Positions 27,018 through 39,400 of a stretch of 64,000 nucleotides of DNA are shown here, one piece after another. Source of the stretch: Squalus acanthias (Eukaryota). Where the stretch lies: positions 74,960,001 through 75,024,000 of the forward strand of contig CM059432.1 of the NCBI GenBank assembly GCA_030390025.1. Reading direction: 5' to 3'. The position numbers and the translations under genes were made by a program. Below the pieces are notes generated by a model that was not told the origin of the DNA, did not search any database, and saw nothing but the letters and a program-made list of their open reading frames with translations. Each line of letters begins with the position of its first letter. Position 1 is the stretch's first letter.

Positions 27018-27455
27018 ACACACAGGCAGAGAGAGAGAGAGAGAGAGAGAACACACAGGCAGAGAGAGAGAGAGAGAGAGAGAGAACACAGAGGCAGAGA
27101 GAGAGAGAGAGAACACAGAGGCAGAGAGAGAGAGAGAGAGAGAACACAGAGGCAGAGAGAGAGAGAGAGAGAGAACACACAGGCAGAGAGAGAGAGAGAG
27201 AACACACAGGCCGAGAGAGAGAGAGAGAGAGAGAACACAGAGGCAGAGAGAGAGAGAGAGAGAGAGAGAACACAGAGGCAGAGAGAGAGAGAGAGAGAGA
27301 GAACACAGAGGCAGAGAGAGAGAGAGAGAGAGAGAGAACACAGAGGCAGAGAGAGAGAGAGAGAGAGAACACAGAGGCAGAGAGAGAGAGAGAGAGAGAG
27401 AGAACACAGAGGCAGAGAGAGAGAGAGAGAGAACACACAGGCAGAGAGAGCACAC
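19678..27455. repeat. (GA)n-spaced satellite with two (CG)n-rich islands (~23445-24330, ~25595-26520)
   Basis: aacacacaggca, aacacgccggca and aacagagaggca motifs; island units gagaga(gc)nacgggca. Confidence 0.97.
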
Positions 27456-27544
27456 ACTTGGACTAAAATTTTGATCTTAAGCAGAAACTCAAGCCCAGAA
27501 TGAATGTTAAATGTATAACAATCTGCTCTCCCCATCCCTTGATG

Positions 27545-27860
27545 TGCTGCTGAGCAGTACTGAACAGGCTCAGTCCTTGTTGTCTGCTGAATGAGCTAAT
27601 CTCAGCCAACACATCAGCAGAGGCAACATAATTGGTCAAAGAGCAGAACTAAAAAAAGTTTCCCACTGCAGACGGGCACACATGCTAGAAAGCACTTTTA
27701 TGTGGATGTTGGCTGAGATGAGGATTGGGCTTGGCTGTGATTGCCCTTTGTTTAAATAGTTTGCCAACACTCAATTGTACTGGCTTACATAAGAATGGAC
27801 ATTTGGACAAGAAGGTAGCTGGTACCCATGGGCCATACTGTAGAACTTCAGGTGAAAACA
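27545..27860 (+). mobile_element. Old dispersed SINE-like repeat (family also at ~34190-34440 -, ~38070-38390 +, ~39150-39660 +, ~57550-57913 -)
   Basis: Shared degenerate motifs gagttagctgatctcagc / acaattggcctc / cctgctggaaa / aatggccacttggg among the copies. Boundaries approximate. Confidence 0.55.
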
Positions 27861-27974
27861 AAATTAGTATAGAATGTAAGACCATCAAGTGGACCTTTAG
27901 GCTTCACTGCACTCCCTATTGTAATGATGTGATATCTCCATTGTGTGCATTAAACATTCTTGAGGCCCGCTAGA

Positions 27975-30490
27975 TTTTATTTTATTCGTTACTGGGATGT
28001 GGGTGTCGCTGGCAAGGCCAGCATTTATTGCCCATCCCTAATTGCCCTTGAGTAGGTGGTGATGAGCTGCCTTCTTGAACCGCTGCAGTCCGTGCGGTGA
28101 AGGCTGTTAGGGAGGGAGTTCCAGGATTTTGACCCAGCGATGAAGGAACGGCGATATATTTCCAAGTCAGATGCTGTGGGACTTGGAGGGGAACTTGGAG
28201 GTGATGGTGTTCCCATGCGCCTGCTGCCCTTGTCCTTCTAGGTGGTAGAGGATGCGGGTTTGGGAGGTGCTGTAGTACATCTTGTAGATGGTACACACTG
28301 CAGTCACGGTACGCCAGTGGTGGAGGAAGTGAATGTTTAAGGTGGTGGATGGGGTGCCAATCAACCGAGCTGGTTTGTCCTGGATGGTGTCGAGCTGTTG
28401 GAGCTGCACTCATCCAGGCAAGTGGAGAGTATTCCATCACACTCCTGACTTATGCCTTGTACAGTAGATGGTGAAAAGGGTTTGGGGAGTCAGGAGGTGA
28501 GACACTCGCCGCAGAATAGCCAGCCTCTGACCTGCTGTTGTAGCCACCGTATTTATGTGGCTGGCCCAGTTAAGTTTCTGGTCAATGGTGACCCCCAGGA
28601 TGTTGATGGTGGGAATTCAGCGATGGCAATGCCGTTGAATATCATGGGGAGGTGGTTAGACTCACGCTTGTTGGAGATAGTCATTGCCTTGCACTTGTGT
28701 GGCGTTAATGTTATTTGCCACTCATCAGCCCAAGCCTGAATGTTGTCCAGGTCTTGCTGCATGCAGGCATGGACTGCTTCATTATCTGAGGAGTTGCGAA
28801 TGGAACTGAACACTGCAATCATCAGCGATCATCCACACTTCTGACCTTATGATGGAGGAGCTGAAGATGGTTGGGCCTCGGACACTTCCCCGAGGAACTC
28901 CTGCAGTGATCTCCTGGGGCTGAAATGATTGACCTCCAACATCCACAACCATCTTCCTTTGTGCTAGGTTTGAATCCAGCCAGTGGAGAGTTTTCCCCAT
29001 GATTCCCATTCAATTTTACTAGAGCTACTTGATGCCACACTCGGTCAAATGCTTCCTTGATGTCAAGGGTAGTCACTCTCACCTCACCTCTGGAATTCCG
29101 CACTTTTATCCATGTTTGGACCAAGGCTGTAATGAGGTCTGGAGCAGAGTAGTCCTGGCGGAACCCACACCAAGCATTGGTGAGCAGGTTATTGGTGAGT
29201 AAGTGCCGCTTGATAGCACTGTCCGACGACACCTTCCATTACTTTGCTGATGATTGAGAGTAGACTGATGGGCGGTAATTGGCCGGATTGGATTTGTCTT
29301 GCTTTTTGTGGACAGGAATTACCTGGACAGTTTTCTACATCGTCAGGTAGATGCCAGTGTTGTAGCTGTACTGGAATAGCTTGGCTAGAGGCGCGACTAG
29401 TTCTGGAGCACAAGTCTTCAGCACGACAGCTGGGATGTTGTCGGGGCTCATAGCCTTTGCTGTATCCAGTGCGCTCAGCCATTTCTTGATAACATGTGGG
29501 GTAAATCAAATTGGCTGAAGCCCGGCTTCTGTGATGGTGGGGACCTCAAGAGGAGGCCGAGATGGATCATCCACTCAGCACTTCCGCTGAAGATGGTTGT
29601 GAAAGATACAGCCTTATCTTTTGCACTGCATGTTGGGCTCCACCATCATTGAGGATGGGGATGTCCATGGAACCTCCTCCTCCTATTAGTTGTTTAATTG
29701 TCCACCACCATTCACGACTGGATGTGGCAGGACTGCAGAGCTTTGATCTGATCAGTTGGTTGTGGGATCGCTTAGCTCCATCTACAGCATCCTGTTTCCA
29801 CTGTTTAGCATGTATGTAGTCCTGTGCTGTAGCTTCACCAGGTTGGCACTTCATTTTTAGGTACGCCTGGTGCTGTTCCTGGCATTTTTTCTACACTCCT
29901 CATTGAACCAGGGTTGGTCCCCTGGCTTGATGGTAATGGTAGAGTGAGTGATATGCCGGGCCAGGAGGTTACAGATTGTGGTAATTCTGCTGCTGATGGC
30001 CCACAGTGCCTCATGGATGCCCAGTTTTGAGCTGCTAGATCTGTTCCAATTCTATCCCATTTAGCACGGTGGTAGTGCCACACAACACGATGGAGGGTGT
30101 CCTCAGTGTGAAGATGGGACTTCATCTCCTCAAGGACTGTGCAGTGTTCACTGGTACCAATACTGTCGTGGCCAGATGCATCTGATTTTTCCCTCATGTT
30201 GGTTCTCTCACCACCTGCCGCAGAGCCAGTCTGGCAGCTATGTCCTTCAGGACTCGGCCAGCTCAGTCAGTAGTGAAGCCACTCTTGGTGATGGGCATTG
30301 AAGTCCCCCACCAAGAGTACATTCTGTGCCCTTGTTACCCTCAGTGCTTCTTCCAAGTGGTGTTCAACATGGAGGCGTACTGATGCATCAGCTGAGGGAG
30401 GGCGGTAGGCGGTAATCAGCAGGAGGTTTCCTTGCCCATGCCTGACCAGATGCCATGAGACTTCATGGGGTCCAGAGTCAATGTTGAGGA
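27975..30490 (-). mobile_element. Degenerate CR1/L2-group LINE (second family), 5'-truncated
   Basis: Broken RT fragments (PISLLSIISKVMEG, LDIKEAFDRVWHQ, GVPRGSVRGP, IADD). Collinear with 47781-51050, sharing the 3' end gggatgggcaataaatgctggc. Confidence 0.88.
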
Positions 30491-30499
30491 CCTAGAGGC

Positions 30500-30684
30500 C
30501 ACTTCATGTGTTTGAATGCAGAGTCTCTCGGCGATGTATCGGTGTGGTGAAGCTTGTGGAGGTGCAGGGCAACTTGGACAGCAACTTCTTGATTTTTGCA
30601 TTTAACTGTGTTTGTGCGGACGCTGGAAGTAATAACAGTGAGTGCTGATAGCCTCACTGTTATTCCGACCGCAAGATCTGGGCC
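30500..30684. mobile_element. Remnant end of a Harbinger-like MITE
   Basis: Terminal gcaagatctgggcc resembles the TIRs at 32651, 41296 and 42374. Contains a 12-bp hairpin at 30631-30664. Confidence 0.45.
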
Positions 30685-30877
30685 ATTATATATGGCCTTC
30701 ATGTGTAGAAAAGGGCATCAAAGGCAATGATAGATGCTCAAGATTAGAATCAGAAAAAAGGGACTTGCCATTGGTAGATTGCTGATGTTATGATATTTGA
30801 TTGGGAACACATCACACATCTTAGTCAGGAATCACTCTCGATCATTCTCAGCAACTGAATAGCATTTATTTTTATAT

Positions 30878-30998
30878 AACATAAGAATTAGGAGCAGGAG
30901 TAGGCCATACAGCCCCTCGAGCCTGCTCTGCCATTTAATAAGATCATGGCTGATCTTCGACCTCGACTCCACTTTCCCTGCCGGATCCCCATATCCCC
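30878..30998 (-). mobile_element. CR1 3' tail fragment
   Basis: acataagaattaggagcaggagtaggccat..ctcgagcctgct, as in the other CR1 tails. Confidence 0.8.
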
Positions 30999-31718
30999 GA
31001 GACTCGCAGAGTCTAAACCAGGAAGTGAAAATCGGAATATTTAATTCAATGTAAAATCATCTACTGAAGTGAAATAAAAAGAGGAATAGAAAGTGGGATT
31101 AAGGGAGAGAGATAAAAGAGACGGAAAGAAAAAGTAAACAATTATTTTAATCTAGCGGTAAGTATCGCAACTTCACGCCCTTCATGAGTCAGTTGGAGTT
31201 AGCAGCCAAATGCACTATGGCTGATGAAGGTAAAGATGGTATGAGATTCGGTTTGAGCTATGTGAGGTCAGAATACCAAGTTCGGCTTTTTTTTCTTCTG
31301 GCTGACAAGTGGTAATAACTTGTATTATACTGAGCACTCTAGCTGCTAGACTCATCCTTCATGCATTGCAGTGCATCTCAATCTCTGCATCTTTCTAATA
31401 CTGCAGTGTCTGAGGAGCTTCTGTAGGTTGAGCCATAGAAGAACTGAACTGCTTCTGCCTCTCTCATTTCTTCTGATGCTTGCAGGCAGATGCCACTACT
31501 CTGGATGTCAAGCTAATTACTAATGTCATATGTCAAGACACAGTCAGGATCTTAATGAATTGTTTCATAAAGTGCATGAGATTTTAATTGATATGAAAGA
31601 ACAATGCATTTAACAGATTTTTTTCTAAACGAATGTGGCTGGTCTTATATCCCTGTGTGCTAAGAGGATTTTCAACTAAAATCTATATTTGAATCAAACT
31701 AGAATTTACATTTATGTA

Positions 31719-32727
31719 AAAGCAAAATACTGCAGATGCTGGAAATTTGAAATAAAAACAGAAAATGCTGGAAATACTCAGCAGGTCAGGCAGCATCTGT
31801 GGAGAGAGAAATAAAGATAATGTTTCAGGTCGATGACCTTTCGTCAGGTCAACCTGAAACACTGGGGGCGATTTTGCCAATGGGGATGCGTTGGAGGCGG
31901 GACTGCTGCTTGTCGGGTCGATGTCCCGCCTCCATTGATTTGTGGCCAACCCACGCTATCTTCCCTTGATTGACCTGGTTAAGCCCGCCTAGCAGGCCAA
32001 TTAAGGGAAAGCCGGTTACAGAGAACGTCAGCGTATGACGTTACATCTGTCAAAAATTTTTGACAGATGAATTGTCATGGTTTGACAGCTCTGTGAAGCT
32101 GTCAAACACTGACATTCTCTGTAGTTTGAGGAGTTCTTGAATTCAAGACTCATCATTGGAGAATGCAGCAGCCATCTGTCATCTCTGCTGCGGAGATGCG
32201 AGACTCTCCGCATACCCAACTCTTGAAGCCTGCAGGAAGAAACAAAGGTAAGTAAACTTTTTCTAACACTTTCCACTTACCTCACATACTCAACTCTCCA
32301 CACTTGCTCCCATCACTTACCTTCACAGTGCACTTTTGCACCCCTCCGACCCCCGCAGACCCACTACTCGCCTCGGTGACCCTGGTGGGGTTCGCAGCCT
32401 TCAGGAAGCCCGCACTTGTGTGGGTAAACTGGGGATATCCTCTTATCTGCCTGTTAACTAACTGTTAACAGGCAGTTAAGTGGCTGTAATCCCCTTTCCG
32501 CCTCCAAGGAGATGGGATGCGGTGCGGGTCAGCTACCCGCCTCCCGACAAGATGGCATAGAGGAGAGTTGGGCACCCGCTCCCAAGTTCTGCCATTTTCC
32601 CGGCAGTCCCGCCTCCATACCCGCCTCCCCAGGGCTGGCAAGATCGCGCCCATTAACTCTATTTGTCTCTCCACAGATGCTGCCTGACTTGCTGAGCATT
32701 TCCAGCATTTTCTGTTTTTATTTTAGA
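31719..32727. repeat. Inverted-repeat (foldback) element, possibly Penelope-like termini, interrupted by a MITE
   Basis: 31748-31830 is the reverse complement of 31852-31863 joined to 32652-32727 (cagaaaatgctggaaa..cagcatctgtggagaga). The Penelope assignment is from recall only. Confidence 0.7.
31864..32651. mobile_element. Non-autonomous Harbinger-like DNA transposon
   Basis: TIRs gggggcgattttgcca / tggcaagatcgcgccc (2 mismatches in 16), 3-bp flanks act/att. Removing it rejoins the host foldback arm. Confidence 0.75.
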
Positions 32728-32911
32728 ATTTATATTTATTTTGAACTGTTAAAGGATGCGTTTTATGTCTTCCTCTGTTCAAAATTCACAGGTCTTGCTT
32801 CATTAATTTTATGATAGAAACCTATAGAATATTTTGAAAGCTCCAAACAGCACTCAGCACTGAATGGATAAACTATTCCTACAATAAAAGATGAAGAAAA
32901 AGTGAAAGCAC

Positions 32912-33003
32912 CTGTCCACGTTTGCAGCCTGTTGACTCGGGAAACTTTTCAAACAAGGCACATGTTTTTGGAACTTGTTTACAGGAGTTCTCATTCCTAC
33001 GAC
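32912..33003 (-). CDS. ASPH: ASPH exon, 92 nt: (G)RRNENSCKQVPKTCALFEKFPESTGCKRGQ
   Basis: Hand-translated. Matches GRRNENACKGAPKTC.L.EKFPETTGCRRGQ. Pyrimidine tract plus cactag| acceptor, CAG|gtgctt donor. Phase 1/0 fits the preceding exon. Confidence 0.95.
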
Positions 33004-35099
33004 CTAGTGGGAAGAAGAAAAAAAAAATATATATAAATAAAACAAGGCAGCAACTGCATTACAATAATTTCAGAATGTCATAATTAGATGCACAGGAAAT
33101 GAATTTTTGATCCACAACCATTCCCAGCCATACTACAAACCTTATGTTAAATTAAACCACAATTGATGTACTTCTTACGCACATCTAGTCTGAGCTCACA
33201 TATTATGATTTTGTCATCACTTGTTTCCCCTTGCTAGTGTAAAAAATATACAAACATACCAAGAATGGAAGAATCTCGCTCAAGTCTCAGGCATTTCCAA
33301 TTTTTTCAGCCAGCCTTGCAAATATTAGAGGGCGGGGTTAGAGAGAGTAAATCAGTTTAGGATTAAACTGGGGTAAAATTACTGACAAAACACCCAAAAG
33401 AATCCCACTTAGTAATAAATTAAAAGGCTTAAGATACTTCATGGATTTGAACAATCCAATTTACATATATTGTTCTCCTGTCCATCATCCTCATCAATTC
33501 TTAAAACTTTCCCAATTCATATGGCACTTTGGTTACATATCAATATTTGTTCAGATGGATATAGTCCTGTGCCACTAACAATCATCTATCTCAATTAAGC
33601 ACATCTTTAGCATGTGTTGGTAGATTTCCTGGTATAATAGCATTTTTGTGCCAATTCATCTTCCATTTACAAAGCTTTTATGCCTAATTCAACCAACCTA
33701 CACTAAGTGGGGAAAAAAATAGACCTTCTCCACAGGTACAATTTTACCGTAGCAATAATTGAGGCTTTACAGTGCATGTGTCACAGATTCACTGACAGCT
33801 ATGCATACTAGCTCATCTCTCTACATGCAGGAGTCCAATCCTATCCACCAAGGACTGTAATTGAGTGTTCAGTGACTGTGTATTCAAGTGCTTTGAAAGC
33901 TTTGATGCACGCCTCCACTGGGAGATGACACACATTTCAATGCATATCTCCCATGTGAGGCTACTTTAAGATTTGCTATTCTGTCATGTATAAAACAGGT
34001 TGTTGTGACCCCTCTAATATTTCCCATTGTTTTACCAACAAAATGAATTGAAAGCTGTTTCACCCAATAAAATCTATATTTAAATTACAAAACATTTTTA
34101 GAATTCACCAGGGTAAACCATTTTAACATTACATTTTATTTTAGCTATTTCAATTGCCACTAACCCCTGTTGGGTTTTTGACACCTGCTGAATAGTGTAC
34201 AGTAAGGGACCAGCAAGCTATTAGTATGGAGGAGGGGAATCACATCTGAGCCCAATCTCGACCTCACCAGACATCCAAATATGCACTTTCTAGCAGAGGT
34301 CCCCGAGTAGCAAATCAGGAACAGAAATCCGTACCAATTTTCTTCCTTCTCTAATCTTGGGTGCTGAAGTCAATTATGTTTCCATCCCATCTCAGTTGAA
34401 GCCAGCTAACTCAGCACATATCAAAGATCTTATATAGGAGCTTCCAAGGGAGCACCCCAGATATGTAAGTTTAAAACAGGCCACCTGAGGGAAACAAAAT
34501 TAAAAATAGCCTCCCAAGAGAAAGTTAATCATAAGGGAAGCACCCGAGAGAAGTATACTTAAGATGGAGGCTGTGGGGTGTTTACTATGGCATGTTTACA
34601 AACGAGAAAGCCGGATATCAAAGATGGATGAAGAGGTGAGAAAATGATCTGTAGATCAAAAAGCAAAAGGACAGGGTTATGGCTTTAGAGAGTTAGGTAC
34701 ATAAACTTAGAAAGACAGACAGAAGTGAGGGGATTATTAAGGGTGAGTGGATTAAATGTGGTAAGTGAATCATCACAGGTCAGTAAAATGGCTGAATAAG
34801 TATTAGACCTCAAGAGAAAATCATCAGGGATGAAAGCTAGAGAAGGTACAACCTGGGGCAGGGTTGCCATCAAATGGAGACAAGTGCTAAAGGAAACTTC
34901 TTCCCTCAACTCCTCTTCCTCCTCCAACTCCATAACAGCCATTGGAAGGCCCAAATGAATACCCATGCTGAGCATTGAGCAAGAATCCAAGTTTTTTTTG
35001 GAATAATTCTCTCATTTCCCACTGCTACCTCTTTTCAGCCAGATCAGGGCAATTTCTCCAGACACCGATACCTCAACGACTACCAAAGTGCAATGGGGA

Positions 35100-35975
35100 G
35101 TGGAATCAGAGGGAATCAAAATGATTTGGACAAAAAATGTCAGAAGGCAGAACAAGAGATGAAATTTAATACAGATAAGTGTAAAATATTGAGCATAGGT
35201 AGGAAAGATGGATGGTAGATGTACTCCTTGAATGGTGCTGAAATAGCCAAGAACTAAGTTGAAAGGGACCTAGGAATCATTGTAGACTGGATGTTCAAGA
35301 TGTCCAACCATACAGCAGCAGCAGTCAACAATGCCGATAGAATGTTGAACTACATAGCCAAAACAGTAGAATACAGTCAGAGGAAGCCATGTTCATATTA
35401 TAACAAGTTCTGATCAGATCATACATAAGAACATAAGAAATAGGCCCTTCGAGCCTGCTCCGCCATTCATTGAGATCATGGCCGATCTTCTGCCTCAACT
35501 CCATTCACCAGCCCTATCGCCATATCCCTTGATGCCCTTACCTTGAGTACTGTGTCCGGTTCTGGTCACCGAGACACAAGAGAGACATTCAAGCATTGGA
35601 GGCAGTGCAGAAAAGAGCTACCAGCCTGATTTGTAGTGTCAAAGATCTGGATTATGGGGAAAGATGGGAGAAACTTGGCTTTTTAGCCTTGAAAGGAGAT
35701 ATCTGAGTGGAGATCTTAAAGCAGTATATAAGATAAGTAAAAGATAAATCTGAAAATTTACTTCAAACTAAATTGTAAGAGTGGGGGAAGGGGAATGACA
35801 GGGTCAAACTAGTAAAAGGCAAATTTAGGACTGATGTCAGAAAGTTTTTCCCCCGCAAAGTGATCAGCACGTGGAATGGTGGAGGTGAAAGCCTCCTTTA
35901 AGAAACAATCAGATGCTGCAATAGAGGGTCTTTTTGGATAGATAAACTAAAATGGGCCAAAATGCTTTGATCATC
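35100..35975 (+). mobile_element. Old degenerate CR1 3' region with a nested minus-strand CR1 tail (~35420-35540)
   Basis: Recognisable decayed CR1 RT C-terminal DNA (atgaaatttaat..gataagtgtaa, cttgagtactgtgtccggttctggtcacc). Confidence 0.7.
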
Positions 35976-36097
35976 CATAATTATCATGCAAGTAATGATG
36001 CTGTGATAGGCCAATAAGTATCGTACTTTTACTTTTGTATGTGGTGGGGTATTTCTGGTTCTGTTAGTCACATGATGACTTCTGCTGTCCCACAGTA

Positions 36098-36496
36098 CAG
36101 GAAACTTTTGTTTATCCGGCACCCAAATATCCGGAATTCTCGCTTAACCGGCAAAAATCATCCTCCGAAAACTCCTCTCAAATAACCGGCAATGTTGCCA
36201 GTCGCAGTCGAGTCTCCGCGAACGCCGAGTGCTCCGAAAACTCCTCTCAAATAACCGGCAATGTTGCCGATCCCGAGTCCGAGTCCGAGAACGCCGATTT
36301 AGTCAGTAGGGGTAGTTTTCAAAAGTGCCACTACTCGGCCTCCTGGCGCTGTCGGAAGTATACTGCACATTTCTTGATTTATTTATTTTTCTTAGTTAAA
36401 AATAGCCTCGGTAGATATAACTCTCTGTTATCTGGTACTTTCGATAAACCGGCATCACGCCGGTCCCGTCGGTGCCGGTTAATAAAAAGTTTCCTG
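36098..36496. mobile_element. Tc1/mariner (pogo/Tigger-like) MITE, 399 bp
   Basis: TA|CAGGAAACTTTTgttTATCCGGCACC ... GGTGCCGGTTAATAAAAAGTTTCCTG|TA. TA target duplication and an internal ~69-bp tandem duplication. Confidence 0.85.
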
Positions 36497-39400
36497 TACT
36501 AGTTGTTCAGCCCAGAAACAGCAAAACTCAACCAGTATGAGCAGATGGGTTCTGATTCAGACATCAGAGTCTAAAGCTCTACCACCCCATAGCCAGAATA
36601 CATTTTTAATGGACTGATGGCTTAAAAATGATTTGTGATCAGATATAACTCAGTTTTATTAAACATATGGCATCTTTATGGTTCTCTATGCTAAATATTT
36701 CTAAGTGTTTAGGAAGAAATCTGACATCTTCAACCTTTAAATGCCTGAAACCCACTGACAGCTTCATGGCAACTGAAACCCTTCTTGCCAAAACATTGTC
36801 TATACAGAATTATTAATAAATTTAGCTACTCGCTCAAGCATGACAGAGAGAAGAACATTTCTTACAACGTATAAGCACAGTACTACATTACAGAATTTCA
36901 GCATTGGATCATTTTGTATTGGGCACAAAATTAAAGCACTAAGCTTTGCTTTTCATTAGATAAAGCAACATTGTACCTTTATTGTTATATTTTACTGTTT
37001 TTTTTGTCCAGAGTCTGGGGTGCGGGGGGGGTTTACAGAGTTACACTTCTCCACCTCCAATTTAGTCAGTACCCCTTCTCACTAGATCAGCTGGAGTGAC
37101 AGACATGCACCAAGTGCTCGAACATCTGGAAAACTGAGTCAGAGTAGGTGGACACGATGGTCAGCAATAATCTGCTCAGCCTGCCCACATTCTGAATGGT
37201 GGTCTAGAAGGGTAGTAGGAGGCTGCTCAAAATAATTGAGAACTTTTTACTTACACATTTTTAAATTGGTATCTATTTGATCACAATTTTTCTGCCAATT
37301 AAGTTAATTTAACCATAACATCTGCTTCAATTAATAATCTGGCAATAATTAGAAGCACAAACATGCTAGAAATAACTGCAGAGAGATGCTCATTAGGTTT
37401 ACGTCCCTCAATCACTGTTTCATTTGAAAATCTTTCCCATCAACAAAACCGATCCATGCTGTTATGCTGAAGATTAAAGGAGATGTAAATTCTACTGAAC
37501 TGTTATAAAGATGATAAAACCTAAAAAGCAGGCCATTTGTGTACAACTAACCCTTCCCCCCTCCCATGTGATGTTGTGCAGTTCTGCTCCAACAATATCA
37601 TGAATGGGGAGTGCTACCCATAGTCCTCCACTGTCATTCATGGCGTCATTAAAACAAAACTTCTGCTAATAGCATAAATCAAGGAAGGAATGTTGCAGAG
37701 AGGAACCAGTGAAACATCGTTTGGCAGCCGGAAAATCCGTCTTCACTCTAGCACCTGGCAAAACTTGTACAATGGCTTAGGCAGCACGCAGCCCTACTGA
37801 AACATCAGGAAAACCCTAGGAACGTGCAGCTACCCCAAGCGCTCAGGACAAGTCACATTAGGATACAAATTCTAAATATAATATAATAGCGTATAATAAT
37901 TGTTCAACATACACCAATAAGTGCACATTTCTTTGAAACAAAACAGGGTAGATAATTCTGCAATGGCCCTTATTGAATCAATTAAGTTTGCTACATTGTT
38001 ACCCAGGGGTGACAGAGACACTTTATGATGATAATTAGGGTTTAGGTTTTGCTTTTATAACCATGCCCACCAGGCTCTCCTGATTGCTGAGCAGGTAAAT
38101 GCATTAATGTAGAACTAGGCCATTCAAAATGTGGAGGTCCCAGCTTTAATCTCTGTTCTATGCGAAAGTACCTGATCTTAACCTGGGGGCCAGAGGGCAG
38201 TACAATTGGCCTCAGTGGGTGGTAAGTGGGACAAAGATAGAATCAGCAAGAGTTCCTGCTGGAAATGGACCACGTGTGGACGTCAGGTAAAGACTAGATA
38301 ATGCTTAACTGTTACACTCATTGCTAAGACTCAGTTAAGAAAGTGCTACTGATACCCGTTGGACCATAAAACACCTTAAGGAAGGGGTAAAAAAAATTGG
38401 AGGATTTAAAAAAAGAAAATCTAATTTGAAAAGCTCCACTACAACTGGACTTCTGACTGCTCTTTCAAAGAGACAGTACAGGCACGACGGGCTGAATGGC
38501 TTCCTTCTGTGCTGTATATTTCTATGATAATCTTTTCATAAGAAACTTATTCCTTTCAAAAATCTACATTACTAAAATTGGTATGGTCAATATTTCTTAT
38601 GGCAATTTCCATGTAAATTGTGTTCACATGCATTATATTTGTAATACCCTGCAGGTATTTCATTTAGAGCACTCAGCCCTTGATCACAATTTTCAGTCAC
38701 AACAGCCTGTGACTATGTATAATTCCTTATTAGAAAGTTTGGTTCGAGTCAACTGCTCTACTATAAAAAATGATGAAACTATTTATATAAACAAGCACAT
38801 GGAGTATTATCCCTTTCTCTTGAGAATTAATCAATTCTGAATTTTTGGAAAAAATAACAATTAACGAGGTCTACTAATAATGCTCCAGCTTACTCGTGTT
38901 GGTCATCCAAATTATAATGCTGGATATTCAACCTGGCACTTGCAAATTAACTCACCTTAATTTTTCATCAAGTTAAATCACTGAAGATAATTTTGCCTCA
39001 TTTAAGTTTGTTTAAATGACTGGAATTCATTTTATTAACAAATTTGTGGCTTGCCCAACTAAAGGAAATGCAGAGCGACTCCTACACCAATCCCAATGAG
39101 TGAAAGCTTTGCTACAGCCAGATTCATGCTTTTGAAGGGTCCGTGACAATTCAGCAAGTTTAGACAAGTGAACAGAATAATCATACAGATCAAGAAGGTC
39201 ACAAGTTCAATTCTAGGTCTCCGTCAAGTTAGCTGGTCTAAGCTGGTGCAGTAAGTGCACTACAACAGGCCTCTAGTTCACTAGGTTAGGGAGGGGGTGA
39301 ATCAAGCAACAGGTTTCCTGCTCTGATCACTATCCCAGTGACTCCTGCTGGAAATGTGTCACTAGATGTCAGATGCGGCCAGGATTGGGTTCAGATGTAT

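Noticed and set aside
3940..27455. Motif-plus-spacer pattern resembling a CRISPR array
   Set aside because: The spacers are just variable (GA)n, there are no cas genes, and the context is a vertebrate intron.
209..27474. Very long ORFs (up to 2664 aa) rich in SL/CV or RE
   Set aside because: They are open in most frames on both strands because the + strand lacks T and the - strand lacks A. A compositional artefact of the satellite.
27810..27850. GTHGPYCR peptide resembling the next ASPH exon (PGTHVWPHTGPTNCR)
   Set aside because: Wrong strand, inside an old SINE-like repeat, and no extended similarity.
38035..38050. Telomere-like ttagggtttagg
   Set aside because: Only about two imperfect units; expected by chance.
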